DNA of 64,000 nucleotides from Blastocystis sp. Blastoise (GCA_039096225.1 JBBPEB010000032.1:1054001-1118000), one strand, 5' to 3'; counted from the stretch's first letter, positions 14,218 to 34,600 are shown. The notes: a model not told the origin generated them from the sequence alone. Numbers and translations: made by a program.

Positions 14218-16050
14218 CTAAAAAATATAATTTTCATCAGGAAGATAATGATCGAAATCTATTCCATTTAAATAATCAATTGCTTCTTGAAATGAAGATT
14301 TCATATATTCTCTGGTTTGATATACATTTCCAAGTATTGTTGATTGCTTACATTCTCCTCCATATGTAGATAACAGTGTATCTCTCAAACATTTTTGATA
14401 TTTATCATTCGATGTATTAATACTATATTGACTATTTGGATGTATCATATATAATCGAAACAATGTACTTAGTATGTGTCCAAATTTTTCATAAAAATAA
14501 GGTGTATTTCCTTCAATACAAACACTATAAGGTTTTGCAAAAAGCAATGTTATTTCACCTTGACCATGAGAAATAAGTATAATATCATTATCATAAACTG
14601 CTTTTACTTGATATTCAAATGATTGTTCATCAAAATATGAAATAGTATAAGATAGACTCTATATATAGGAAAAAATTAAATTGAATTTAAAAAGAAATAT
14701 TATAAAAGTGTAAAATATTAGCAATCAAATTATTTTTATGTTTTAAAAAATAATTAGTATTAATCAATGAATAAAAAAAAATATATATATATATATACAG
14801 ATTTGAAATTATTCTTCAAAATATATTCTATTTCATCAATATTATCAAATTTTCTTCTTCCTAATCTATTAATTACTAATGCATTATATTTTTCTTTTTT
14901 ATGTCGCTCATAAGCAAATTGAAATTTATGATAAACAGATGCTCTCATATAGTCTGACGTAATAATTTCTGTAAATATACCCCCCAACGAAATATTTTCA
15001 TTTCTATCAAGAATTACCTATATAAGAATTAATATCTATTATATATATATTTTTAAATTAAATTAAATGTCTTAAAGAAATATTATAATTTAATGATAAA
15101 ATTAATTTTATTATAAAATGATTTATTTAAATATGATATATGAAAATGACTAAACTATCATACAACTTGATCAAAGCATAATAATGGATCCTTTTCGATG
15201 TTTACATTAAATATATTTGAAAAATTCTTTCCATAAATAACACTATAATTATAATAAGATCCATATTGTTGAACTGCTTCCATGACTCCACGATTAAAAT
15301 CTACTTCATCAACTAGATTTGGGAATAAAATATATTCTATCTAAATATATAATTTTTATATCCTTATTAAAAATAAAACAATTTACAGGTCCTTGAACAA
15401 AATTTGGATCTGTTACAATATTCATTACAGCATGTAGATTCTCTGCAACATGTCCAATATGTCTTGGCGATTTAGTAATAGATATTGATACATATTTATT
15501 ATGAATAACAGGATGCAAATTACTTGGAAATGGAGTTGATATTTCTTCAAATTTTACACCAAATCGATAGTATTCAGCTAATAAATATGTATTTTAATAT
15601 TATTATTGTATTTACTTTTTCTTTCAATAATTTCGGTTATTCTTCGATAATTAGGGTTATCAGAAGGATAATAATAAAGAATTTTGTTATTACTTGTATT
15701 AAAACAAATATTTGACATATATGCATATCGAAGACCTTGATGATATTTTATCATATATATTTGATAATAAGAATAACTCTTATTTCCTCTATATACATAT
15801 TCATATAATAAATATTAAAACATTTACTTTGACATATCATTAATAACTGTATCATTTATTTTTCTATGATTATTTTATTATTATTTATTATATTAATAAT
15901 TTTACAGTGGCTTTTCTTTAATTAGCCTCTTAGCTCGTTCAATCGATTTCTCATAGCTATAATAAAAATAATAGTTTCGGTAAGCATAAAGATGTACTAA
16001 TCATAAGATTTCCAAAATTGGGTTGTATTTTCTTTACTATATATTATTTT
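14218..16050 (-). CDS. Glycosyltransferase family 61 (DUF563; EOGT/POMGNT2-like), multi-exon
   Basis: Exons encode HIGHVAENL, LVINRLGRRKFDNIDEI and FDEQSFEYQVKAVYDNDIILISHGQGEITLLFAKPYSVCIE, matching the GT61 HGAG region. Start approximate. Confidence 0.75.
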
Positions 16051-16502
16051 TGTGATATTTGGTTTAATATTCTTATCTAGAATCAATTGTTTGGAATTTG
16101 ATTTATTTTTTGGATATATTAGAATATGTGGATGCAATAATGACAAATCATTCTTATTAAATATATATATCCTACTTAATTAAGAAAATATAAAATTTTT
16201 TATTTACAACAAAATCAAGCAAATTGAGCTTATTAAAATAGTATTTGATTTATTGCTTATTATCATCTTTTCTTTAAAAAATTCTATTTATTAATAGAAA
16301 ATAGTTATTTAGTATATTAACAAGAAGCTAAATTTAAAAAAATGATATAATTTTATATTTATATAAGAATTATTAAATTTATAAAAGAATACAAAATTTG
16401 TGATGAAACATGATATTCGAAATATGCATATTTATAAAAATATTAATAGATTTGCTATAAAAAATGCATCATAATACTTTATTATTTGAATGTATTATTC
16501 TG

Positions 16503-16825
16503 CAGAGACTATCAGAATGTACCTCTTTAAATGGGAAATGGGGAATCAAAACACAAAAAAATCCGTTTTAATAGAATTACACTGTAAAATTTATTTAAAA
16601 ATTATAAAAAAATAAAATAACAACAAAGTAATAATTCTCTAAAAAACATTAGAATTTTTTCAAAGATTGTTTTTTTTGAGTTTATCTCAACATCCTAATC
16701 ATAACCATTATATTTCCATGTGGAAAAAATTAATAGTTAAAAAGAAAATAGAAATAATCATTGAAGCTCAAAAATTACCTCTCAGAGCGGACTTTGCGCT
16801 TCAAATGCACCTTTGCTTCCTCTTA
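16503..16825 (-). mobile_element. Older degenerate inverted copy of the 17505-17836 MITE
   Basis: Colinear reverse-complement similarity over ~320 bp, with decayed termini (CAGAGACTATCAG versus CAGGGGCCATCAG). Confidence 0.75.
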
Positions 16826-16847
16826 GCCACCAGCCTAAAAGTGAATG

Positions 16848-16945
16848 CACTATTAGGTATTTTATCGTTTTAAGAAAATTAATTGCATAGAATAGTTTAT
16901 TTTGTTAATCACATGCTATAAAAAGGTCAAAAATGTCTAACAGTA
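16848..16945 (-). mobile_element. Degenerate copy of the CACTA MITE at 4990-5086
   Basis: CACTATTAGGTATTTTATCGTTTTAAGAAAA...AAAAGGTCAAAAATGTCTAACAGTA aligns with the reverse complement of 4990-5086. Confidence 0.7.
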
Positions 16946-17504
16946 GCATTGTGAAGTCATTGATCTCCAAAATAATATTAAACAATTATTACAAAAAATG
17001 TATCGTTGAACACATGTAAAAAGACTAATATACCAAAAAATAGATAAATTTCATTTATTTTTTTTGAATAACAAATAATACTTTCCACGTCAAAAAATAA
17101 TATTTAAAAAAATTGGTAATTCAAAACTATTTGCTTCTTTTCTAATTTATATTAATATATAAAATGTGAATTAATAGTATTTTATAATGTTTTTTATTAT
17201 TTTGAAACATCAAATCATCAAGAATCATCAAATGAGAAAAAAGAATCAAGATTCGTTGCGTATTGCAATATTTCCTTTATTTTGATTAATTTCATTATGA
17301 ATAAAAATCAATAAACATTAATTAAAAAAAATTATCTAGATAAAAGTACACATATTTAAAACATAAATGATTTTATATATATATAAACTTAAAAATAATA
17401 ATTATTTAAAAGTAATTGGAAAAAAGTAAAAAAAATGATAGCTTTACAAAAAGAAAATGATAATTATCTCATATAATAAATGATATTAAAGAAAATATTT
17501 TGGG

Positions 17505-17836
17505 CAGGGGCCACCAAAAGTGCGCTTGAAGCGCAAAGTGCGCTTTGAGAGGTCGTTTTTGCGCTTCAACGATTATTTCGATTTTCTCTTTGACTATTGA
17601 CTTTTTTTACTTGGAAATATTATAGTTGTGATTAGGATGTCGAGATAAACTCAAAAATACCATCTTTGAAAAAATTCCAATGTTTTTTGAGACAATTATA
17701 CTTGCTTTTTTGTTTTTTTAGTGATTTTTTTTGTAATTTTTTAATAAATTTTACAGTGTAATTTGTTGAAAACTGGCTCTTTTTGCGCTTTGCTTCCCCA
17801 TTTTCCGCTTTAAGAGGTACTGCCTGATGGCCCCTG
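17505..17836. mobile_element. hAT MITE (332 bp), young
   Basis: TIRs CAGGGGCCACCA...TGATGGCCCCTG with a perfect 8-bp TSD ATTTTGGG at 17497-17504 and 17837-17844. Confidence 0.9.
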
Positions 17837-17904
17837 ATTTTGGGGTGATTTTCAATCAAATTTGTTGTCAATTATTTTTATAAATATAAAACAAATATCG
17901 TCAT

Positions 17905-18136
17905 CCAATAAAAAAATGAGATTTAAAAAAAAATTTTTTTTGGAATATTTAAAAATATGTATATATTATATTTTTGTTTTCATATTTTGTTTTCAATTTT
18001 CTTTTATAAATGTAAAAAAAATATGTAGTTAGCCAATAGAAAAATTGAGATTTAAAACAAATATATATATATATATATATTTGAATCTTTAAAAATATGT
18101 ATATATTATATTTTTGTGTCAAATTTTGTTGACAAT
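17905..18136 (+). repeat. Two-copy tandem duplication (~128 bp unit) beginning with CCAAT
   Basis: CCAATA..GAGATTTAAAA...TTTAAAAATATGTATATATTATATTTTTGT occurs at 17905 and 18033. Confidence 0.7.
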
Positions 18137-18431
18137 ATATAAAAATTTAAAAAAAATACTTATTTTTTTGTCGATATTTTTTATAATGTAAAAAATGTTA
18201 ACATTATTTCAAAAGTGCCTTATTTTATAAAATTCTTTAAATTATATTACTTAAAGTATGAATTATAATAGAGTATATGAGCATAAATGAATAAAATAAA
18301 ATTAAAAAAAAAAACAAAAGATTGAAGTGATTTCAGTAATAATTGATATAACTGAATGCTTTGCTAATATATATTCACTTTTAAAATGATATATATTATT
18401 TTTATTTGATATACATTTGAAAAACCATTTC

Positions 18432-19350
18432 TTAAGAAACATTTGGCCAATTGAAAACATCATCAGTGAATTCGTTTATATATTCATATATATCATTTTC
18501 ATCATGAATACAATTTGTATATAAAGAATACTTTTTTGGACACTATAAATTGAATAATATATATATATATATATAAATTTACAGTAGGCTATTAAAGGTT
18601 TTTATCAATTGCTAAATTCGATTTGAAATAATCAGATTTATATCTTAATTAAAAATAGTTTATTTGCATTAAAAAGCCAAAAATAATAATTATATTATAT
18701 TAGAATACCTGTAAATATTCTCTCCAATTATTAGGTATACGTAAATATTTACCTAACATTTTCGTATATGAAAATGGTGGATAAAAACGTTCAATAGCTG
18801 GTACTTCTTTTCTTTATCATAATCGAATAGATCAGCATAAGTACCTACTACATTATCTTTTTCTAATCTACAACATAACTTTGATATTCCTTCATATATA
18901 TGAAAAATATAATTTGTATCATTGATTATTTTATTATTAATATTGCCTATATATATATAAATTATATATTATTTTATTATTTAATAGAATAGAATTACTT
19001 CTTAATTCACGTAATAATGAACATGGAGGTACTAAATTATAACTATATTATATAAATATAATAGAATTTATTAAAAAGATAAAAATACTTTTGTTTTAAA
19101 TAAGTTTCATTTTTATTTATAATATCATCAATATGATTATCATTTAGCATTTCTATCATTGATCTACTATCTTTCTTTTGAAGAACATCAAATAAAACTA
19201 TAAAAATATTTAATATAATATAATATAAATAATTACAGTAATCACTATCATAATCCTGTGGAAATATTTCCACCAAAAACAAGAGCAGATAAAAAGTCTT
19301 TTTTGGAAAAGATAGATTATGTTCAGCAGTCTTTAGAACCAATCTGAAAC
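18432..19350 (-). CDS. LicD/fukutin-FKRP family nucleotidyltransferase-like gene, probably 5'-truncated
   Basis: Exons give EIFPQDYDSD (cf. PWDDDxD) and IERFYPPFSYTKMLGKYLRIPNNWREYLQ (LicD C-terminal P..G..IPNN..YL). Stop TAA at 18432-18434. The upstream GTLLG motif is not seen. Confidence 0.6.
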
Positions 19351-19405
19351 CAGTATCTTTAGAAGAGAAAAAATATTTAAATGAAAAAGTGTTTCATTGT
19401 GTTTT

Positions 19406-21701
19406 CTATCTCATACACGCTTTTTTGGTCAACTCATACATGGTTTTTTTTGGGGTTAAAAAAAAGAAAAAGTCTTATACTACAAGATATATATTTATAT
19501 AATATTTATAAAAATGATTTTTATGCTTAAGACATGCTTGACATTATTAATAAGTTAAAAACAAATTTTAATATTGAGAACAGTTAATGAACAACACTTA
19601 GATTTGTCACTTAATTCTTATATATCAAAAAATTGATGATATCATAGTAGAACACATACAAGTGAGGCTACGAAAAATACAATTTTAAAACAAGTTATCA
19701 ACTTAAGGTAGAAAATTAGCTGTAATCATTTTGGAAATTAATTACATTTAAGGTATAAAAACCATTTGTTTATATAGAGATACCTTGATTGAGATATAAT
19801 ACATAAAAATATATAAAAAAAAATATTAATATCCAGTTCGTATTTAATAATAAAAATTTAGAAATAAAAAATTATAATCGTTCATAACTGCTTAATTATT
19901 TTTATTTTTTTTTTGAAAATATAAATTATTTCCATCTGTTACAGAGTTTACAACATATGTGAGATATTTTTAAAAGTTTTGAGTGTAAATATCATGATAT
20001 ATAAAATTTTATATAAAAAAATATATATCTATAAAAATAGTTACAGGAAATATCAAGCTATCGACTAGTTAGGTATGAAAATGATAGACTATCATCCTAT
20101 ATTGTCATAGCAGTAATAATTAAACAAATCTGGACATATAAAAAAAAGTAAAACGAAAATAAAATATAGATATATATTTTAGAGTTTTTTTTTATTTTTA
20201 ATTTTTTAAAATTAAATTTTTTATGCTGTTTCCAAAAACATATATAAATATACACCATTTTCCATTAGCATATATCTAAGTGTACATTATTAACATTTTT
20301 TAAATATTTATAAATTATTAGATAAAGATATAATCTGATTATTTATTTTAAAAAATTAAAAAAAATATTTTTTTTTCACAGTTTCACACAGTGTCTTCCC
20401 TGTCACTGGACAAAATTGCCACGTGGCAATTGTCACAAAATTTTCTGACAAAATATTTATTTTTGACAGTGTAATTTTATATTTTTATGACTAAGTCAAT
20501 TTAAGTCTGGCTGAAAGTGACAGTCAGCTATTGTCATGGCAATTGTCACAAAAGTCAGGGAAGACATTGGTTTCACATAATAATATATATATTCTTTATT
20601 TTTTAGAGTTTCTTTCTTTTTATTATAATAATAAACTTCTTGTTAAAGTTATATGTATCTATATAATATATTATTATTTTTAAAAGATGATATTATTTAC
20701 ATTATTAATATACATATTTATTAATACTTGTTCTTAGTTGCTATATATAAAAAGTTAATATATGATATAATAATTATTATTTTTAATTAAAAAAACCAAA
20801 CAAGTATGAACAAGTATTATATATTAATAAAAAGAATCATCTTTTGCTCATTTTTTGTTTTAAAATATAAAATAATAAAGATTTGTTTACTCAATAAACA
20901 AAATTTTTTATTAATATAATACAACATATATATATGTATATTACTCTTGAACTCTATATAAGGCATAAAACATCATTGTTTTGACGATAAATACAGTATT
21001 TAATGAATAAATACTATTTTATATATATTAATGTCATTATTGAGTATTGATTTATAAGAGTTGTTTATTTATATCAATAATTATATATATAAGTGATATT
21101 TTTGTATATATATTGTTCAATAAAAAACAATTTGTTTTTTCAGCGAAAAGATATATATTATAGTCTTTACAAACATTGATAAACATATATATTATAAATT
21201 CATATATTCACAATATCTGAAACATATATTTTGTATTATTTTAAAAATAAATAAAAAATATTACTTTACTCTCACCATTTCTCATAACAGTTAAATATCA
21301 AATTATTTTAAAACAATATTTAGATACGTTACCTCATGATCATCCAGACAAGTGGCATTTGAAATATTTTAATGTTTAAAGAACAAGAATTAACACAATT
21401 CTAAAAAATATTTTTGCTTAATAAATGAATCTAAGGTACCTATATAATACTCAATCGATTTCACAGTCATTGCAATACTTAATCATAAGTTCATATAATA
21501 ATGTTGGATTCCATTTTGTTACAAAAAACTATTTAGAAAGACACTTTTTTATTTGAATTCACTACAAAATGGTCATTAAAATAATTTTATAGCTGTTTAA
21601 ATGCACTTGAATGCTTCGTCTTTAAAATAATCAACAAAATATAAAAAACAAACAACAAAAAAACCGTGTATGAGTTGACCAAAAAAACGTGTATGAGATA
21701 G
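19406..21701. mobile_element. Non-autonomous TIR DNA element (~2.3 kb)
   Basis: ~45-bp TIRs CTATCTCATACACGCTTTTTTGGTCAACTCATACATGG / CCGTGTATGAGTTGACCAAAAAAACGTGTATGAGATAG. Flanked by TTTT on both sides (or a TA TSD one base inside). Confidence 0.8.
20389..20569. mobile_element. hAT MITE (181 bp) nested in the 19406-21701 element
   Basis: TIRs CAGTGTCTTCCCTG...CAGGGAAGACATTG with a perfect 8-bp TSD GTTTCACA. Confidence 0.9.
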
Positions 21702-23240
21702 TTTTTAACACTTTTTATTATTATAGTTTGAAAGCTATATAAAGCATACCTTTATAAATAGCAAAACAATACTTGTCAATAAATATAATCATTATATGTT
21801 TTTTAAATATTTTTTTAATTGCTTTATTAATAGTATTTACAGTTTTTATCTGTGTTCGCTATATACTACTCGAGATAGATATTCTACGATAAAAGGTTTT
21901 AACTACACCTTGAGCTTCCAGAAGTGCTTTAAAAATTGGTTTCTTAGGAATTTGTGTCATTACAGACTTTTTGTGGATAACCCTGCTTTTTGTAATCTTT
22001 TTAAGCACCATATTACGACGAGTAATACATTTATTTTATTATTATATATTATTATTAGATATAAATATGATTATTTAAAAAATGATGTTTTTTTATTGTT
22101 ATAAGAAGAATTGTTATATGTGTATTTGAAAGACGTATTTTATTTTGGTGAGCATCATTTGCTACAAAATTTATGACACTTTTATATATTTTTGAAAGAA
22201 TAAATAAAAATATTTATTTCAATGTTGATTGTGACTTTAAATTGCTTTTGTGAAAGTTACTTTATGCAAAATAAAATGTAGAAAATTCTGTATATGTGTA
22301 TTTATATGTTGTGATTATTATATTATTAATATATACCGCAATCGAAATATTGGATATGTTAAATAATAAAATTATTTTTTTACAGATTATCATAATAAAA
22401 AATTATTCAATAGAGATATAAAAATAATATTTAAATATAAATTTTATATTATTAGTCAAAATTCATATCTCTTTTAAAATAATGATATTCTTCAATTATA
22501 TATATATTTATATATTTATAATAATTTTTATTATATCTATATGATATATTTATATCAAAGATTTTGGCGTAGATTATGATACATAATACTCAACTTTCTT
22601 ATTCGCTAAAAAAATAATTGGATTAAGAAGCTGAGCATTACAAAATATAATTTATGACATTAAATTATATATTTAAAAATTATTGTATGGTAGAGGTTAA
22701 GATATTTTGGGTAAAGTTTTCAAATTTTTAATATTATAACCTAATTATACCTTACTATTGATAAAACTTTTAAAAAAGTTATTCTAAAAGTGTTAATTAT
22801 TTACACAAGTTTTGTCATGATAATATTAAAAAAATTATTCATGGTAAATATAATAAAAGTTAAAAAGAAAATATATTTATTTACGGAAAATTGATTCAAA
22901 ACATGTATAATGATATATGTATATATAAAATATGTTGATTATGAAAAACAGAAGTGTTATGTAATAGTTTACATACTAGAAATGCTACAACTAACAAAAG
23001 GAAATTATAATTTTTATCAATATTAAACTCTTTGTTATATATAATTTAATTATAATGCACAGTAGAGTTTTCTTTTCTTTTGAGTTGTGTATTTTATTCA
23101 TATATCTTATTCAGTTGAGAGTATTTGTAAGCATATATAATATATATTCTAATAAATAGTTTTATGATACAAGAAATTTTTCTTTGGCAGATCCACAAAA
23201 GAAAAGCATCTATTATATAAATAATTACAATGAAGTCCAA

Positions 23241-25926
23241 ATGAATCAAAAAAACATTAATTATTTCTCTAATTTACAACAGAAATATTTTTATAGTTTT
23301 TGTTGTTATTTTATGTATTTTTTTCTATTAAATTTAAATATATATCCTATATAGAAGGAATAATCAATATGGTTTTGATAATAAAACTTTGGCCTTTCAT
23401 AGCAAATTATTGTCTACTGATCTTAATAACAACAATTTATTAAATAATATTAATCATGCCTTGAATCGTGACAAAATGTATAATGCTTCTGTTCATGAAA
23501 CCATTTCTGAAAACCAAAAACTTTCAAAAAAATTGAATAATGTAGAAATATCATTAGAAAAAGAACAAACAAAATCAAATTATCAAAACACTGATGATGA
23601 AAATAACTTAGAATCATCTATCGAGTTTCTTCCAGAAGGATTTAAATATCCAGTTCCTCTACCAAGTAAATCATTACAAGAATTATTGAAACGAAAAGCT
23701 GTTAATAATCAAATTATCATTTCTTTCTTTGATCATTCTTATATAAATCATTTCATAAATTTCTATTATGGAAGTATTATTCCATTAAATATCACCAATT
23801 TCTTGCCATTTGTTCTAGATCAGAAAAGTTATGATGTATATATATTATATATATATTTATTTATAAAAATATCAAAAACATATTTAGGAACTATTAACAT
23901 TAGGAGTTGAATCTTCTATATTAAGTACTGGATCAATAAGTATAACTGATGAAACTGCTTTTTTTGGTAATAAAGCATTTGCTCAAAAAGTGAATATGAA
24001 AACGCTTTCGATAATTCATTGTCTTTATTATGGATATAAAGTATTATTCACTGATGTTGATATTGTATTCTTTAAAAATCCATTATTCTATATGACAGAT
24101 TATTATGATATGACTGTACAAATGGAGTACTATACACCATTTAAAGAAATTAATAGTGGATTTATGTATATATTATATTTTTATCAGAAATATATATTTT
24201 TAGTAATAATAGTCATTATTTACTTTATAATAACTTAATTTTGGAATAACTATTTATACAATCAACTATAGGTATCTTCGACCAACATTCAATACACTTC
24301 AATGTTTATATTTATCATGGGATTTATATTGTGGTAATATAATAAGACAACAACTTGTTCTTAATGAAGCCATATTTAGATTATATCCTGAACATCTTTC
24401 TGTTCGTGAATTAGATTTCAGTAGATTTCCTACAGGAAGAGATTTTTTTGATACTGAACATATCAATTTCTTATATCAACTTCCATGTAAATATATATAT
24501 TTTTTGTAACATTATATTCTTAAAATAAATAAATATAGACATAATATCTATATAATAATTTATGCTTATTTTTATAAGGTAAACATTGTGTAATATTTCA
24601 TAATAATTGGATTAAGGGATCTTCTGGAAAAGCATATCGAATGAAAGAAATAGGATATTATTATAAAAATATAGGTAATTATTATCAGAATCCTTCAAAT
24701 AAATATATCACATATACATTAAATAAGAATAAAGGATCAAGAGGTATTTACAAAATAATATATATATAGTTAAATTATCAATAATATAAAATATAGAATA
24801 TCAAATAGATGCTTTAAAAAGAATGCTATATCTTGCAAAGAGTTTAGGAAGAATATTAATTCTTCCTGAATTCACTTGCTTTGAAACAAGAAATATAGTA
24901 GTTAGAGCTACTAAAACAAGAGAACAACAACTATCTATTCATGATCATATTGTAACTGACTTGAGTATAGATAATATTAATGAAAAAAAACAAGGTATAA
25001 TAGTTTTTTATAATTATTTTTATCAATCATTTATAGCTCAAGTTTATTTTTCAAAATATAATTATACTTCACCATTTCTGAATACATCATCCTATTATGA
25101 TTCCAAAATTATTGTATATAACTAATATATAATATCTTTTTGACTATTCATTTTTAATAATTATTTCATGTTTCTTTATATAATATAAAAAAATATAAAT
25201 AGAAGCCAACAAATTCTTTGATATTTAAAACAATGAATAAAAAAGAATTACAAAAAAAGTATTTAAATATCAATTATATGTAATATTTCTTTTTATTTAT
25301 CAAGCAAATATAATGATTATCGTGATCCTCGCCTTACTATACCACAAATCATTCAATTCCAAGCAGTACTTATTCCAGAAGATTCATCAATGGATGATAC
25401 AACATCACTCAACTCTCTTTTTTCATGTGGTTTAAATTATTTTGTTTGTATAAATAATTTTGATAAGCTATTTAAAGGATTATACAGAGAATATATATCT
25501 TTTAGATTATTAGATTATATAACTATTATTCTTATAGAAATATATATTTTTTTAACTTATTACTCTTTTCGCAATAATCCTTTAGTATTAGAATCTGTTA
25601 GAACACAAATTAAGAATAGTAAAGTCATTACAAATGTTAACATCAGAAAGTCAAATGATACATATATCATATCCTTTAAATTATTTAATATGAATTCATT
25701 TATATCTTTATATACCTTTTTTACCTTAACTTCAGTTTACTATATTTCTTTAGATAAAAATATGTCACCTACTCCAATCATTAATTATATCAAAAATAAT
25801 TATGAAAATGAAACTGTTGTTTCTATTGATGAGCCTATATTTTCAATAGATGATCCCATATTTGAAAGTATTTTTAAAAAGGAAATTAAACTTGATGATT
25901 CAGGAAGACAACTAAAATGCTATTAA
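23241..25926 (+). CDS. Nucleotide-diphospho-sugar transferase (GT77-like), multi-exon
   Basis: Motifs KTLSIIHCLYYGYKVLFTDVDIVFFKNP (DxD), EINSGFMYLRPT and FHNNWIKGSSGKAYRMKE, plus C-terminal LAKSLGRILILPEFTC. Start approximate. Confidence 0.8.
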
Positions 25927-26534
25927 TTCTTTTTCATGTATTATGGATTTCTAAAAATAAGTATATATAATAAAAAAGTGCAATTATTTTTATTATGATA
26001 TTTTATTGTTTTAGATGTCTTTAGTTTTTTTCTTATTTGTGCCATAATAAGTTTTTTATCATTATATTTTTTATATATGTGATATTATAGAAAACTAGAG
26101 AAAACTTACATATTGTTGTATTTTTTTATTCGAACATAAAAATATAGTTTTTGTATGAAAATACTTTATTTGTATTAATACATGATAATATATTATTAAT
26201 AATATATTATACTTAGAACTATAATATAATTTCTAGTTATATTTGAAATAATCATAGTAGACATTATATGATAATTCAATTTAAATTTTGTTAAAAATAA
26301 AAACTTTATATAATTAATATTTAAATATATATCATAGTTGACAGAAAGTTCTATTATTATCTTTTTACAAATAACAACATGGGCATTTGAAAAATTATGA
26401 TTTGTTACATAATACCATTTTAATTTTGGAAAAGACATCAAAAGACAAAAGTCATTAAAAATAAAATGTATATTCAAAATTATATATATTAACATTTTTT
26501 TACATTTCACATCATGTCAGTATTAAGAATACTA

Positions 26535-26660
26535 TTTTTTTGCTGATATTAGCATTAAATTAATACGAATTTTATAGTGACGTCAGGATTAAATTTATGA
26601 ATTTTATATTGACGTCAGCATTAAAATCATACGAATTTTATAGTGACGTCAGCAAAAAAA
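26535..26660. repeat. Short tandem array (~32-33 bp units) with TGACGTCA palindromes, bounded by inverted ends
   Basis: TGACGTCAG at ~26578, ~26610 and ~26644. Ends TTTTTTTGCTGA and TCAGCAAAAAAA. Confidence 0.6.
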
Positions 26661-26821
26661 TTATGAAATATGTTTTGTGACATAATCATTAAATTATTGA
26701 GATTTTGATAAAGTCAATAGAAAATAACTTTCTCTCATTATATTAATATATATATTTAATTTATTTGAAACTATCATTAAATATTTAAAAGAAACGTTTT
26801 TCATAAAGCTATATATATTAG

Positions 26822-26900
26822 CAGTGCCTTCCCAACTTTTTATGACACTTGCGGCAACTTTTTTGTGACACTTTTTTTCAGCCAAGCTTAATTAGACTGA
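26822..26900 (+). mobile_element. Single end of the CAGTGCCTTC hAT MITE family
   Basis: CAGTGCCTTCCCAAC followed by TGACAC repeats, as at 13761. Confidence 0.5.
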
Positions 26901-28399
26901 AATAGGATTATTATAACAATCAACTAAAGACTTCAATAATTTGAAATACTATAAATGATGATGTTAGAATACTTCATAATATATAGTTCTTATATGATAA
27001 TAAATATAAATTATGACTATAATCACTATTAGGTATTTTTCCCCTGCAAAAACTCTCGTGCATGAGATTTTGTCGTCAGATTAAATAAGAATTTTTCAGC
27101 TTAGTTATAAACACGGGGAATAACCTTAATATATATGATAAATTGACGGGAATATATAAAAATTCTTTATTAATGAACCAATAAAAATGTTTTTTTAATT
27201 GATATTAGCCAATGGAACATATTTAAAATCAACAAAACGATTGGATAATTATTTAAGTATTAACATACAAAGAAAAAACAAAGAAAACAAGCAAAAAAAG
27301 AAGAGAAAAAAGAAAAGCAAAAAATAAAAGAAGAGAAAAATTATTTAGCTTTGTTACCATGCTATCTAGACACCTATAAACATTCGATAGCAGTACAGAA
27401 TAATTCAGCACCTATATATAAAGAAATGGTAAGAATGTAAAATATAAAAGGTAATATAAGTATATACTATTGAGAAGAATCATTGCAATGAACCACGGTT
27501 GAGCTATTTGATCTTCCTACAATTGCTAGAATATAATTAGATAAAATGAGTAAAAACATACCTTTCCAATATTAGTGTTTTTGATATTTTGATTTGATAA
27601 TAATATAATAAACCTATAGAATAAGTAATAGAATAAATATATATATACCTTATCCATAATCGTATTCATTTGCTTATTATTTGAATGATATAAAGAAACC
27701 TATATTCTATTATATTTATAAAATAATAAAAATACATTTTATAGAACCTTTATTATATATTTTTGAAATATGAATAAAAAAAATATTTATGTAAAGATTG
27801 AAAAATATAAAACAAAATAAACAGGGGTGGGGGTAAAGAGAATAATTTTATTTATTTATAAGAATTTCATAAAAATTTGATTTAAATCCAGGAGATAGAT
27901 GAAAACGTCCGTTTTTCTCTTTTTTTATACTAAAAAGTCTTTGTTAAACAAAAGTCTATTAATAAAGTATTAAATGAGTTGTATACGTTTATTTATTGTT
28001 TGTAATGACGTTTAAAGACTACTGGCAAAACAATTTAAAGATTTTCAGAGAATGAAGTCATAATTACTCTTATGTATGAATTCTATGGATATAATAATAT
28101 GACATAATTGATAAGAACAGAGTAAATTATAAAATAAGAGAATTTATATGTCTTTATGTTTGTCTAATTAGTACATTCTTTAAAAAAAAATTGTTTTTAT
28201 TTTTCTATGATTATTATAATAGAAATATGTTTCTATGAATAATTTAAACAAAATAATAAATACAATTTAAATTGTTATACGAGAAATATATCAAAAATAA
28301 TAGATAATAATAAAACACTGTATCTTTATAAGAAAAGTAAATAATAACATAAAATTATCATGCAGTTTAATATAAATCAGTTTTGAATCATAAATATAT

Positions 28400-34600
<6,201 letters not shown>

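Noticed and set aside
16503-17836. One foldback element with ~320-bp TIRs
   Set aside because: The right arm has its own TIRs and 8-bp TSD, so these are two independent MITE copies.
21796-22104. 102-aa ORF
   Set aside because: No recognisable motif or consistent exon chain; possibly a decayed fragment.
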